NCBI GenBank assembly: GCA_030832365.1 | Contig: JAURJF010000002.1 | Coordinates: 1-40,166, forward strand | Reading direction: 5' to 3' | From: Candidatus Nanopelagicales bacterium | Lineage (GTDB): Bacteria > Actinomycetota > Actinomycetes > Nanopelagicales > Nanopelagicaceae | Length of the DNA stretch: 40,166 nt | Shown: positions 1 to 11,593 of the stretch, piece after piece | Position numbering within the stretch: the first letter of the stretch is position 1 | How the letters are laid out: every line of letters starts with the position of its first letter | Translations under genes and position numbers: made by a program | The notes under the pieces: generated by a model | Database searches by the model: none | What the model was told of the DNA's origin: nothing | What the model saw: only the letters and a program-made list of their open reading frames with translations

Positions 1-418
1 CCTCACGAATTGAGTGATAGACAACTTCAGATTCATACTGCGCTGCAACTCCTGATACTAAGCGCTTTTTTTCAGCCTCAGGAATTCCTAGCCGGTCATA
101 GGTATTTTTAATATCTTCTGGCAAGTCTTCCCAGGAAGTTGCCTGTTTCTCAGTGGAGCGAACAAAGTACTTAATGGTGTCGAACTTAATTCCAGATAAA
201 TCAGATCCCCAGTTTGGCATTGGCTTCTTATCAAAGAGCGCCAAACCCTTAAGGCGTAGCTCAAGCATCCAAGCAGGTTCATTCTTCTTCGATGAGATAT
301 CTCTTACTACCTCTTCGTTTAAACCACGTTTGCTATTGGCGCCGGCATCACTCTTATCCGACCAACCGAACTCGTAGTTTCCGATTCCCTCTAACTCTGG
401 GTGGGCGATTTGGCTCAT
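1..418 (-). CDS. sufB: Fe-S cluster assembly protein SufB, N-terminal part (gene continues past the window start)
   Basis: Not in the ORF track because it runs off the edge. Reverse-strand translation from ATG at 418-416 gives MSQIAHPELEGIGNYEFGWSDKSDAGANSKRGLNEEVVRDISSKKNEPAWMLELRLKGLALFDKKPMPNWGSDLSGIKFDTIKYFVRSTEKQATSWEDLPEDIKNTYDRLGIPEAEKKRLVSGVAAQYESEVVYHSIRE. This is the conserved SufB N-terminus. The ATG overlaps the sufR stop (ATGA at 415-418). Confidence 0.9.
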   Translation of the reverse strand, partial: MSQIAHPELEGIGNYEFGWSDKSDAGANSKRGLNEEVVRDISSKKNEPAWMLELRLKGLALFDKKPMPNWGSDLSGIKFDTIKYFVRSTEKQATSWEDLPEDIKNTYDRLGIPEAEKKRLVSGVAAQYESEVVYHSIRE

Positions 419-1155
419 CGTTTACTCTGCTTTCTATTGCTGGTTTGGGTTTTCTCGATTTTCTTACCTTTACTGCTTAGTTGGGGAATAAAAGTTGTGC
501 AGACTCCATCGCCATGGGCAATTGTTGCAAGTCGCTGAACATGGGTTCCTAATATCTTTGAAAATGCTGCTGTCTCTTCCTCACATAGCTGAGGGTATTC
601 GGCAGCAACATGGGCTATCGGGCAGTGATGTTGGCAGAGCTCAAGTCCAATTGCTTTGGGGTGAACATTTGCTGCATATCCCTCATCGTTTAAGAATTTT
701 ACTAAACCATCAACAGGGTTCTTTGAACCACTTACAGTTTTCTTTGATCGACGAATAATTTCATCAGCGCGATGTTTTGCAAAGCCATCAACTAAATGAG
801 CTCCTGCGCTAGCTGCCATATATTTCAGCGCGGAGACTGCGAGATCATCATATGAATGCTCAAATCTCTCTCGCCCTTTATCGCTCATTACAAATACCTT
901 CGAAGGGCGACCTCTAAGACCTGCACTTCTAATATGAGGCTCCCGCTCTTCTAGAATTCCTTCGCCCACTAGAGAATCTAAATGGCGGCGAATACCAGCT
1001 GGGGTTAGTCCAAGGAAGGCTGCTAAGGCAACCGCTGTCGATGGGCCGCTTTCTAAAATGGCACGGGCAACCTGGTCCTTAGTTCTTAGGTCCTCAGATG
1101 TGGCTAGGGTGGATTTCACAACGCAAGTGTTGCGTAATTCATGGCCAAACGCCAC
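415..1155 (-). CDS. sufR: SufR-type winged-helix (ArsR/DeoR-like) Fe-S cluster transcriptional repressor of the suf operon
   Basis: 246-aa ORF. It has an N-terminal HTH (ARAILESGPSTAVALAAFLGLTPAGIRRHLDSLVGEGILE) and a C-terminal Cys cluster (LCQHHCPIAHV...QLCEEE...GVCTTF). It sits immediately upstream of sufB and is translationally coupled to it. The longest ORF starts at GTG 1155 (AAGGGG about 9 nt upstream). An alternative GTG at 1119 is possible; see the SufR-box feature. Confidence 0.85.
   Translation of the reverse strand: MAFGHELRNTCVVKSTLATSEDLRTKDQVARAILESGPSTAVALAAFLGLTPAGIRRHLDSLVGEGILEEREPHIRSAGLRGRPSKVFVMSDKGRERFEHSYDDLAVSALKYMAASAGAHLVDGFAKHRADEIIRRSKKTVSGSKNPVDGLVKFLNDEGYAANVHPKAIGLELCQHHCPIAHVAAEYPQLCEEETAAFSKILGTHVQRLATIAHGDGVCTTFIPQLSSKGKKIEKTQTSNRKQSKR
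1119..1132. promoter_or_regulatory. CAAC-N6-GTTG palindrome, candidate SufR operator
   Basis: Sequence CAACGCAAGTGTTG at 1119-1132. An overlapping second dyad is ACGCAA-GTG-TTGCGT at 1121-1135. This matches the CAAC-N6-GTTG inverted repeat I recall for SufR operators in cyanobacteria and Streptomyces. It lies at the 5' end of sufR, 58-71 nt upstream of the divergent ctaA ATG. Confidence 0.55.
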
Positions 1156-1177
1156 TTCAAAGCGCCCCTTCTCGCTC

Positions 1178-1183
1178 TAGGGT
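1178..1183 (+). promoter_or_regulatory. Candidate -10 hexamer (TAGGGT) placed for a leaderless ctaA transcript
   Basis: TANNNT hexamer TAGGGT is followed by 6 nt (TGGGCT) and then the ctaA ATG at 1190. There is no clear Shine-Dalgarno sequence. The whole sufR-ctaA gap is only 34 bp if sufR starts at 1155. Confidence 0.3.
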
Positions 1184-1189
1184 TGGGCT

Positions 1190-2098
1190 ATGGCCCCCTC
1201 TGCCAATAGAGCTCTATTAAAACTCTCCACTTTCATGGTCTTTACTCAATCTGCAATTGTCTTTACTGGAGCTCTAGTACGTATCACAGGCTCTGGTCTT
1301 GGCTGCTCAACATGGCCGGAGTGCACACCTGGCTCATATACCCCAACTTCTGATCAACCAGAGGCTCCACTACACGCCTGGATTGAATTTGGAAATCGAC
1401 TTCTTACCTTCGTTCTTCTAATTAATGCTCTTGCTCTGATGTTTACTATTTTAAGGAGTGGAAAGCGTGAGTTAAGAAGATTAGGTGCGCTTCAGATAGT
1501 TGGAATTTTGGCCCAGGGAGTACTTGGCGGAGTAACAGTTCTAACCGCTCTTAATCCAGCAACTGTTGCCGCTCACTTCCTGCTCTCAATAATTCTAATC
1601 GCAGGGGCTCTCTCCCTGCGACAGAGAGCTCATGGCAAATCACCAATTGAAATTACTTTAATTCCACTAGTTTCAAAACTTATCTGGCTTCATCTACTAC
1701 TGACAGCTTTAGTAATATTTGCAGGAACAATTGTTACTGGTAGCGGGCCTCATGCTGGCGATAGCGCAGCAGAGCGATTTAATCTTGATTCAAGGACTAT
1801 GGCCTGGATCCATGCAGATTTGGTCATAGCTCTTCTTGGAGTAAGCATCGCTTTATTAATCGCAATCCGCCTTGGCCTCTCAGGAGTTGCGCGCCAGGTC
1901 TTATCTGGGCGGATACAGATATTTCTTATAATTGCCCTTGCCCAAGGGGGCATTGGATATATCCAATATTTCACCAAGTTGCCTGAGGCCCTGGTTGCCG
2001 CTCACATCATTGGATCTATCGCGGTGTGGTTATCCGCTTGGAACTTATTTATCTCTAGTAATCTCGGCGCTAATCTCATCGCCCGGAAAGGCTTGTAA
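1190..2098 (+). CDS. ctaA: Heme A synthase (COX15/CtaA family)
   Basis: 302-aa polytopic membrane protein. It has the N-terminal motif RITGSGLGCSTWPEC, conserved His residues in TM helices (HAWIE, AAHF, GPHAGD, WIHAD, AAHI), and the actinobacterial position between the suf and tkt loci. Its stop overlaps the tkt ATG (TAATG). Confidence 0.8.
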   Translation: MAPSANRALLKLSTFMVFTQSAIVFTGALVRITGSGLGCSTWPECTPGSYTPTSDQPEAPLHAWIEFGNRLLTFVLLINALALMFTILRSGKRELRRLGALQIVGILAQGVLGGVTVLTALNPATVAAHFLLSIILIAGALSLRQRAHGKSPIEITLIPLVSKLIWLHLLLTALVIFAGTIVTGSGPHAGDSAAERFNLDSRTMAWIHADLVIALLGVSIALLIAIRLGLSGVARQVLSGRIQIFLIIALAQGGIGYIQYFTKLPEALVAAHIIGSIAVWLSAWNLFISSNLGANLIARKGL

Positions 2099-4158
2099 TG
2101 CAACCAGAGCTAGCGCCTTGGATAGATTTAGATGACAAGGCAGTAGCAATCGCCCGGGGCCTTGCTATGGATGCAGTTCAAAAAGTAGGCAATGGCCATC
2201 CTGGAACTGCAATGTCTCTAGCCCCTGTTGCCTATGCCCTATTCCAACGTTTTTTGCGCCATGACCCAAAAGATCCCAATTGGATTGGCAGAGATAGATT
2301 CATTCTCTCTTGTGGCCACTCTTCGCTAACTCTATATATTCAATTACTTTTTTCTGGATATGGATTAACTCTTGATGATTTGAAGTCATTTAGAACATGG
2401 GGCTCACCTACTCCAGGACATCCTGAATATGGCCACACCTTGGGAGTTGAAACAACTACTGGTCCCCTTGGTCAAGGAGTTGCTAACGCTGTTGGAATGG
2501 CGATGGGTGCAAGATATGAGCGAGGGCTATTAGATCCTGATGCAACAAAAGGTGAGAGCGTCTTTGACCATAACATCTGGGTGATCTGCAGCGATGGAGA
2601 TCTGCAAGAAGGAGTCAGCGCTGAAGCATCATCTCTTGCAGGAGTGCAGGAGCTAGGAAATCTAAAAGTTATTTATGATGATAATCGCATCTCAATTGAG
2701 GGTGATACCCATTATGCCTTTACTGAAGATGTCTCTATGCGTTATCGCTCCTATGGCTGGCATGTAATAGAAGTTGGCGCAAAGACAGATGGAGATGTTG
2801 ATCGAGTGGCAATTGAAGCAGCTATGGCAGAGGCGCTTTTAATTACAGATAAACCAACTCTGATTCGCCTTAGAACTGTGATTGCTTGGCCTGCCCCTAA
2901 GGCGCGTAATACTGCTAAATCTCATGGCTCTGCACTTGGCGCTGATGAGGTGGCGGCAACAAAGATTGAGCTAAATCTTCCTACGCAAGATTTCTACTTC
3001 CCAGAAGAAGTTGAGAAGCATGTCAGAAGAGTTCAGGAACGAAGCGCTAAGTTAAAGAGTAATTGGCAAGGCGAATTTTCCAAATGGCAGAGCGCAAACC
3101 CTGAGAGAGCAGCGCTACTTGAGCGATTGATAAAGCGAGATCTGCCAAGTAATTGGAGCGCAGATCTTCCCGTCTTTGCAAGTGATAAAGAGGTTTCAAC
3201 TAGAAAAGCATCTGGTGATGTAATTAATGCCCTGGCTGCAAAGATGCCAGAGTTATTTGGTGGATCTGCCGATCTTGCTGAGAGTAATAACACCACAATT
3301 GAGGGTGGCGGTTCATTCTTGCCATCTTCTTCCAAGATGAAGGGGGCTTCGCCTTATGGTCGAATCATTCACTTTGGAATCCGTGAGCATGCGATGGGCT
3401 CGATATTAAATGGAATTGCTCTTCATGGCCTCGCTCGTGGCTTTGGTGGAACTTTCTTAGTCTTTAGCGATTACATGAGAGGCGCGGTGCGCCTTGCTGC
3501 CCTAATGAAGCTACCCGTCACATTCATTTGGAGCCATGACTCGATTGGCCTTGGCGAAGATGGACCAACCCATCAACCAATTGAACATATCGCCTCTCTT
3601 CGCGCAATTCCCGGCCTTGATGTCATTAGACCAGCTGATGCAAATGAAGTAGTTGCCTGCTGGTTAGAGATAATTAAGCGCGATAAGGCTGCTGGATTAC
3701 TTCTTTCTAGACAGAATCTTCCAGTAATTGATCGAAGCCTCTATAAGTCAACAGCTGAGGTTGGGCGCGGTGCTTATGCGTTAAATGAAGTTTCTAGCCC
3801 TGATGTTTTGATTATCGCATCTGGCTCTGAAGTATCTATTGCTCTGAAAGCAAGTGAGCAACTTGCGCAGAAAGGTCTTAAAGCAAGAGTCATCAGCGCC
3901 CCATGCCTTGAGTGGTATCGAGAGCAAGAGCAAGGATATAAAGATTTGCTGATGCCAAAATCGGTAAAGGCTCGGGTTAGCGTTGAAGCAGGTATTGCTC
4001 AAAGCTGGCATGAATTTATCGGAGATAGCGGCGTTGCCATTAGCTTGGAACATTATGGCGCCTCAGCCTCTGCTCCTGTCTTGTTTAAAGAATTTGGATT
4101 CACATCAGAGGCAGTAGTTAAAGCTTGCCAAGAATCGATCTCAAAGAGCTCTAAATGA
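2098..4158 (+). CDS. tkt: Transketolase
   Basis: 686 aa. Motifs present: GNGHPGTAMS, the TPP motif CSDGDLQEGVS, and GEDGPTHQPIEH. Full-length match to bacterial Tkt architecture. Confidence 0.97.
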   Translation: MQPELAPWIDLDDKAVAIARGLAMDAVQKVGNGHPGTAMSLAPVAYALFQRFLRHDPKDPNWIGRDRFILSCGHSSLTLYIQLLFSGYGLTLDDLKSFRTWGSPTPGHPEYGHTLGVETTTGPLGQGVANAVGMAMGARYERGLLDPDATKGESVFDHNIWVICSDGDLQEGVSAEASSLAGVQELGNLKVIYDDNRISIEGDTHYAFTEDVSMRYRSYGWHVIEVGAKTDGDVDRVAIEAAMAEALLITDKPTLIRLRTVIAWPAPKARNTAKSHGSALGADEVAATKIELNLPTQDFYFPEEVEKHVRRVQERSAKLKSNWQGEFSKWQSANPERAALLERLIKRDLPSNWSADLPVFASDKEVSTRKASGDVINALAAKMPELFGGSADLAESNNTTIEGGGSFLPSSSKMKGASPYGRIIHFGIREHAMGSILNGIALHGLARGFGGTFLVFSDYMRGAVRLAALMKLPVTFIWSHDSIGLGEDGPTHQPIEHIASLRAIPGLDVIRPADANEVVACWLEIIKRDKAAGLLLSRQNLPVIDRSLYKSTAEVGRGAYALNEVSSPDVLIIASGSEVSIALKASEQLAQKGLKARVISAPCLEWYREQEQGYKDLLMPKSVKARVSVEAGIAQSWHEFIGDSGVAISLEHYGASASAPVLFKEFGFTSEAVVKACQESISKSSK

Positions 4159-5264
4159 GCAAAACGCTAGCGCAAATTAGCCAGGCAGGAACTTCAATCT
4201 GGCTCGATGATTTATCTAGAGAGCGGATGATCGATAATGGAAAGTCACGTTCTCTTAAATCACTTATATCTGAAGAATCAGTTGTTGGTGTAACTACCAA
4301 CCCCGCAATTTTCTCAAGCTCAATATCGCAATCAGCTCTCTATAGCGATGATTTAAAGGCGCTAGCTGCTAAAGGTTTCTCAGCTGAGCAGATAATTACC
4401 GAGCTAACCTGCAGCGATGTTGCTAAGGCATGTGATCTTTTCAAAGAAGTATTTCTCTCAAGTGGCGGAGTTGATGGCCGGGTAAGCATTGAAGTGGATC
4501 CAAGATTTGCGCGAGATACCCAGAAGACTATCTCTCAGGCTCGAGAGCTCTGGAAACAAATAGATCGACCAAACCTTCTAATCAAAGTTCCAGCAACCAT
4601 TGAGGGACTTCCTGCTATCGAAACTCTAATTTCAGAGGGCATAAGCGTTAATGTCACAATAATTTTTTCGACTAAACGCTATGAGCAAGTTTTAGATGCT
4701 TTCATTAAGGGTCTAGAGGCTCGGGCAAGTAAATCCCTTCCGCTCTCTGATATTCATTCAGTCGCATCTTTTTTTATTAGTCGAGTAGATACCGAAATTG
4801 ATCCAAGACTTAAAGCCAGTGCTTCCAACGAGGCCCTATCTCTACTTGGAAAGGCAGCAATTGCCAATGCACACCTTGCATATGAGCACTTTGAAGGGGT
4901 CTTGAACTCGCATCGTTGGCAGGTGCTTGCAAAACTTGGAGCAAATATCCAAAGGCCGCTCTGGGCCTCTACTGGGGTAAAAGATCCAAACTATGACCCA
5001 ACCCAATATGTAATGGAGCTAGTTGCACCACTATGTGTTAACACAATGCCGGAGCAGACTTTAAATGCCGTTAAAGCTCAAGGAGAATTTAAGGGAAATA
5101 GCATCTCCGGAAAATACAAAGATGCAGCTGGGGTCATCAATCAATTAACAAGTATTGGAATCGATATTGAAGAGGTTGCAGAGAAGTTAGAGCGAGAGGG
5201 AATCGATAAGTTTATTAAGCCTTGGCTTGAGTTGATTGGAAATGTTGAGGCCGCTAGTAAATGA
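4155..5264 (+). CDS. tal: Transaldolase (long actinobacterial type)
   Basis: 369 aa. Motifs present: GVTTNPAIF and the Schiff-base lysine context LLIKVPAT. ATGA overlap with the tkt stop. Confidence 0.95.
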   Translation: MSKTLAQISQAGTSIWLDDLSRERMIDNGKSRSLKSLISEESVVGVTTNPAIFSSSISQSALYSDDLKALAAKGFSAEQIITELTCSDVAKACDLFKEVFLSSGGVDGRVSIEVDPRFARDTQKTISQARELWKQIDRPNLLIKVPATIEGLPAIETLISEGISVNVTIIFSTKRYEQVLDAFIKGLEARASKSLPLSDIHSVASFFISRVDTEIDPRLKASASNEALSLLGKAAIANAHLAYEHFEGVLNSHRWQVLAKLGANIQRPLWASTGVKDPNYDPTQYVMELVAPLCVNTMPEQTLNAVKAQGEFKGNSISGKYKDAAGVINQLTSIGIDIEEVAEKLEREGIDKFIKPWLELIGNVEAASK

Positions 5265-6778
5265 TCAAACTCACTGGCTTTAAACAAGGCAGGGGCCTCT
5301 GGGAGAAGTTAGATAAAGTCACAGATCGCCTTGCCAACTGCGATCCAACCATCTGGGGCGAGAGCGCTGCCAAAGAGGCAGCGATAAGACTTAATTGGGT
5401 TAATCTTCCCGAGAAATCTCGCGAGCTTCTTCCCCAACTTGATGCTCTCTCTGCCTGGTCAAGAGAATTTGGCCACGAGGTTTTCATTCTCTGCGGCATG
5501 GGCGGTTCATCTCTAGCGCCGGAAGTTATGGCACAGGTCTATAAAAAGAAATTAACAATTCTTGACTCTACAGATCCTGCTCATGTTAAGAGAGTATTAG
5601 ATCAAGATTTATCAAAATCATGCATAATTATTGGCTCTAAATCTGGATCAACTATTGAAACTGCCTCCCAGATGGCAGCAGCTAATGAGCAGTTGATTAA
5701 GCAGGGACTAGATCCAAAGAATCATTTTGTAGTAATTACCGATCCTGGCTCCCCTCTTGATATTCAAGCCAGGGAAACTAGTTTAAGTGTAGTCAATGCT
5801 GATCCAAATGTTGGTGGGCGCTTTAGCGCACTTAGCGCCTATGGACTCACTCCTGCAGCTCTTATCGGTATTGATATCTCAATTCTCTTAGATGATGCTT
5901 ATGAGGCATCACTTTCCTTTGCTAACCCTGGCTCAGTAGTTACTCAAGTGGCAGCTGCTTTAGCCGATAAGTTTTTTTCATTTACAGGATTTCTTGATAC
6001 CGGCTCAAATGTTGCTGGATTAAGTGAGTGGATAGAGCAGCTAATTGCAGAGTCAACTGGCAAAGATGGCAAGGGCGTATTACCAATTACTTTGAGAAGA
6101 AAAAGTAGCCTCAACTACCCAGTTATTAGCTTTGATGGAAGTGGATCAAATAGCGTTGAAGCAAGTCTCGGTGAGCACTTTATTTTCTGGCAGTGGGTCA
6201 CAGCTCTTCTGGGATATTTACTTGGAGTCGACCCATTTAATCAACCAAATGTCACAGAGGCTAAAGAGAAGACCAGCGCCCTGCTTTCAAGATGGAGTAA
6301 AGGAAGAGAGGAGATTAGTCCAGTATTTGAAAGTGAAAATATCGTTATTTATTCAAGCCTTCAAGAAAACTCAGTGGAACATTACCTAGGAAAAGCCATT
6401 GCAAACTCCCGCGGCTATTTAGCGATAATGGCCTATCTTCACCGCGGCGCTGATGATCAAATCAAAGATCTAGCCCCACTACTTGAGAGTAAATCAAAGT
6501 TTCCCAGCACCTTTGGCTGGGGTCCGAGATTTCTCCATTCAACTGGCCAGTTCCATAAAGGTGGACCAAGTACTGGTTCATTTATTCAAATTACTGCAGA
6601 GCATGAAAATGCTTGGCCAATTGCGGGAAGAGATTTTGGATTTGAAACCTTGATTATGGCTCAAGCGCTCGGTGATATGGAGGCGTTATCTAGTAGAGAC
6701 TTTAGCGTGATTCGCTTTCACTTAAAGAATCGAAAGCAAGGTATTGCAGAACTGCTTAGCGCGGCACGAAAGATTTAA
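5261..6778 (+). CDS. pgi: Glucose-6-phosphate isomerase
   Basis: 505 aa with SIS/PGI motifs GMGGSSLAPEV, GSKSGSTIET and NVGGRFSALSAYG. ATGA overlap with the tal stop. Confidence 0.85.
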   Translation: MIKLTGFKQGRGLWEKLDKVTDRLANCDPTIWGESAAKEAAIRLNWVNLPEKSRELLPQLDALSAWSREFGHEVFILCGMGGSSLAPEVMAQVYKKKLTILDSTDPAHVKRVLDQDLSKSCIIIGSKSGSTIETASQMAAANEQLIKQGLDPKNHFVVITDPGSPLDIQARETSLSVVNADPNVGGRFSALSAYGLTPAALIGIDISILLDDAYEASLSFANPGSVVTQVAAALADKFFSFTGFLDTGSNVAGLSEWIEQLIAESTGKDGKGVLPITLRRKSSLNYPVISFDGSGSNSVEASLGEHFIFWQWVTALLGYLLGVDPFNQPNVTEAKEKTSALLSRWSKGREEISPVFESENIVIYSSLQENSVEHYLGKAIANSRGYLAIMAYLHRGADDQIKDLAPLLESKSKFPSTFGWGPRFLHSTGQFHKGGPSTGSFIQITAEHENAWPIAGRDFGFETLIMAQALGDMEALSSRDFSVIRFHLKNRKQGIAELLSAARKI

Positions 6779-7122
6779 TCTTCATCCTCAGCGCGTAGTT
6801 TCTTAAGCGCTGCTTCTAAAATCTTCTTAGCTTCAGCCTCTGTGCGACGCTCTTTTACATAAGCTAGGTGAGTCTTATAAGGCTCGTTCTTGATTGGTGA
6901 TGGTGGATTGTTCTTATCTTGCCCGGCAGGAAAACCGCATCTTGGGCAATCCCACTCAGCAGGAACAACAACTGTTCCATCTTCAGCAAAGGATGGTTTT
7001 GTCTCATGGCCATTTTGGCACCAGTAAGAAACGTGGAAGCGAGCAATAGCTTCGCCGCGTTCTGCCTCGCCCATTGGGCCTGCGCCAACGCGTGAACCTC
7101 TGATAGCACTTCCACCAGCCAT
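6775..7122 (-). CDS. rbpA: RNA polymerase-binding protein RbpA
   Basis: 115 aa. It has the N-terminal RGSRVGAG segment, a Streptomyces-type C-x3-H...C-x2-C zinc site (WCQNGH...WDCPRCG), and the C-terminal sigma-interaction helix (KTHLAYVKERRTEAEAKKILEAALKKLR). GGGAG lies 7 nt upstream of the ATG. Confidence 0.85.
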   Translation of the reverse strand: MAGGSAIRGSRVGAGPMGEAERGEAIARFHVSYWCQNGHETKPSFAEDGTVVVPAEWDCPRCGFPAGQDKNNPPSPIKNEPYKTHLAYVKERRTEAEAKKILEAALKKLRAEDED

Positions 7123-7158
7123 TTACTTGCTCCCTTTTCTAGAGATTGATAAAACTAT

Positions 7159-7386
7159 TTATTTTAAAACTAAGCCAAGTGCGATGATGATGGCAAACCA
7201 TAGACCGCCAACAACAATTGTGATGCGATCTAAGTTCTTCTCAACAACTGAAGAGCCACCATAAGTAGAGGACATTCCACCGCCAAATAGATCTGAAAGT
7301 CCGCTGCCTTTTCCTTTATGGAGCAGAACTAAGAGAATCATCAAGATGCTGGTAATAACCAGAAGGATTGAGAGGGCTAACGACAC
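7159..7386 (-). CDS. secG: Preprotein translocase subunit SecG
   Basis: 75 aa with two TM helices flanking the Gly-rich loop (KGKGSGLSDLFGGG). GTG start preceded by AAGGAGAAAATAA. It holds the conserved position downstream of tpiA. Confidence 0.85.
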   Translation of the reverse strand: MSLALSILLVITSILMILLVLLHKGKGSGLSDLFGGGMSSTYGGSSVVEKNLDRITIVVGGLWFAIIIALGLVLK

Positions 7387-7466
7387 TTATTTTCTCCTTG
7401 GGTTGAATAAGGGGCAAATACTACCTAAAGGCGGTGATTACTAACGAATTTGGGCGTTATATGGCG

Positions 7467-8246
7467 CTAGAGAACCCGATGGAATTTGCTTAGGCGGGCA
7501 AACTCCTCGGCATCAAGGCTAGCCCCGCCAACCAGAGCGCCATCGATATCGCTCTGTCTCATAATTTCTACAATATTTGCTGACTTAACCGAGCCTCCGT
7601 AGAGAATTCTGGCGTTCTGAGCAATCTCATCACTTCCGAGATCAGCAAGCTCTAGTCGAATAGCTGCGCATACCTCTTGAGCATCATCAGGGGTGGCAGT
7701 CTTGCCAGTTCCAATTGCCCATACCGGCTCATAGGCAAAGACTATTTTCTTTAAATCTGGTTTATGAAAGCCCTTTAAACCTTGGCGGATTTGGTTAAGC
7801 ACATAGGAGACATGCTCGCCTGATTCACGAATTGGTAGCTCTTCACCAATACAAAAAATTGGCACCATTTCGTTATCTAATATCGCGCGCATCTTTGCAT
7901 TTATTAACTCATTACTCTCGCCATGAATTGCTCGGCGCTCGGAGTGTCCTGCTAGAACATAGGTGCAATCAAGTTTTTTAAGCATTGCCCCTGAAATATC
8001 GCCAGTGAATGCACCGGACTTTTCTGGCGAGATATCTTGGGCTCCGTAAGATAACTTGAGACGATCTCCATCAACTAAAGTTTGAACTGATCTTAAATCT
8101 GTAAATGGAGGCAGCACCGCTACTTCAACTGCATCAAAGTCGCGATCCTCTAGCGAGTATGCCAACTTTTGAGTAACAGCAATTGCTTCAAGATGATTGA
8201 GATTCATCTTCCAATTGCCAGCAATCAGTGGTTTACGTGTGCTCAT
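7467..8246 (-). CDS. tpiA: Triosephosphate isomerase
   Basis: 259 aa. Motifs present: [14 protein letters not shown] and [11 protein letters not shown]. Confidence 0.97.
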   Translation of the reverse strand: MSTRKPLIAGNWKMNLNHLEAIAVTQKLAYSLEDRDFDAVEVAVLPPFTDLRSVQTLVDGDRLKLSYGAQDISPEKSGAFTGDISGAMLKKLDCTYVLAGHSERRAIHGESNELINAKMRAILDNEMVPIFCIGEELPIRESGEHVSYVLNQIRQGLKGFHKPDLKKIVFAYEPVWAIGTGKTATPDDAQEVCAAIRLELADLGSDEIAQNARILYGGSVKSANIVEIMRQSDIDGALVGGASLDAEEFARLSKFHRVL

Positions 8247-8271
8247 CTCTACTCCTTAGTTGGCTACTTGC

Positions 8272-10484
<2,213 letters not shown>

Positions 10485-10610
10485 TCAGAAGGGCGACGTT
10501 TGCGCCACTGTTTAAATTTTTGACCATTTATGCCACGACTTTGTGGACTTGGCTAAATCCTATCAGTGAATTTTTGGAGAGCTCTTATCTTGCAAAATTG
10601 GGCTCGAGGA

Positions 10611-11588
10611 TTAATTGAGCAGCTCTGGTGCGAGCCCAGCCTCTGTATCTGGAATTCCTAGATCGCTGGCGCGTTTATCGGCCATCGCCAATAGACGCCT
10701 AATGCGCCCAGCAATTGCATCTTTCGTCATCGGCGGCGTTGATAGCGAACCCAACTCTTCAAGGCTTGCCTGCCCATGAGTAATGCGAAGCTGTCCTGCT
10801 TCGCGAAGATGATCTGGAATATCTTCTCCTAATATCTCCATCGCTCTTGCAACTCGTGCAGATGCAGCAACGGCAGCTCTTGCCGAGCGCCTTAAGTTGG
10901 CATCATCAAAATTTGCAAGGCGATTAGCGGTTGCTCTAACTTCTCTTCTCATCCTTCGCTCTTCCCAAGCCATAACGCTCTCATGGGCTCCAAGACGAGT
11001 TAGTAAGACTCCAATTGCATCGCCATCTCTGATTACGACTCGATCAACACCGCGAACCTCGCGAGCCTTTGCAGCAATTGTTAATCTGCGAGCAGCGCCA
11101 ACAAGAGCAAGCGCGGCTTCTGGTCCTGGGCAGGTAATTTCAAGAGCCGATGATCTTCCAGGTTCAGTTAACGAACCATGTGCAAGAAATGCGCCCCGCC
11201 ATGCAGCTTCTGCGCAACAAATTCCAGCAGAGACAACTTGCGGCGGCAAACCTCTTACCGGACGTCCATGTGAATCAACAAGTCCAGTCTGTCTTGCTAA
11301 GTTATCGCCATCTTTAATAACTCTAACTAAGTAGCGACTTCCCTTTCTTAAACCTCCAGCGCTGATTACTGCTAAATCTGAATCATGGCCATAGATATCA
11401 GCGATATCTTTTCTAATTCTTCTTGCAGCTTGGGCGGTATCGAGTTCAATTTCAACCATGATCTTTCCCGCTGAGATATGTAGCCCTCCTGCAAAGCGCA
11501 AGATTGCTGAAACCTCCGCCTTTCGACAGCAAGGCTTTGAGATAGAAAGGCGGCTTAACTCATCCTTAACCGCTGCAGTCATTGCCAT
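10611..11588 (-). CDS. whiA: DNA-binding sporulation/cell-division regulator WhiA
   Basis: 325 aa. It has the conserved N-terminus ([10 protein letters not shown]), a degenerate LAGLIDADG-like core and a C-terminal HTH, in the conserved rapZ-yvcK-whiA order. Confidence 0.95.
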   Translation of the reverse strand: MAMTAAVKDELSRLSISKPCCRKAEVSAILRFAGGLHISAGKIMVEIELDTAQAARRIRKDIADIYGHDSDLAVISAGGLRKGSRYLVRVIKDGDNLARQTGLVDSHGRPVRGLPPQVVSAGICCAEAAWRGAFLAHGSLTEPGRSSALEITCPGPEAALALVGAARRLTIAAKAREVRGVDRVVIRDGDAIGVLLTRLGAHESVMAWEERRMRREVRATANRLANFDDANLRRSARAAVAASARVARAMEILGEDIPDHLREAGQLRITHGQASLEELGSLSTPPMTKDAIAGRIRRLLAMADKRASDLGIPDTEAGLAPELLN

Positions 11589-11593
11589 GTGGG

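Noticed and set aside
10897-11334. Long antisense ORFs: 145 aa opposite whiA, 148 aa at 12135-12581 opposite yvcK, 143 aa at 21724-22155 opposite rpsA, and 112 aa at 30652-30990 opposite pdtaR and the tRNA.
   Set aside because: They have low-complexity Ser/Pro/Ala/Arg-rich translations with no recognisable domains. Each lies fully inside a strongly supported gene on the other strand. These are typical shadow ORFs.
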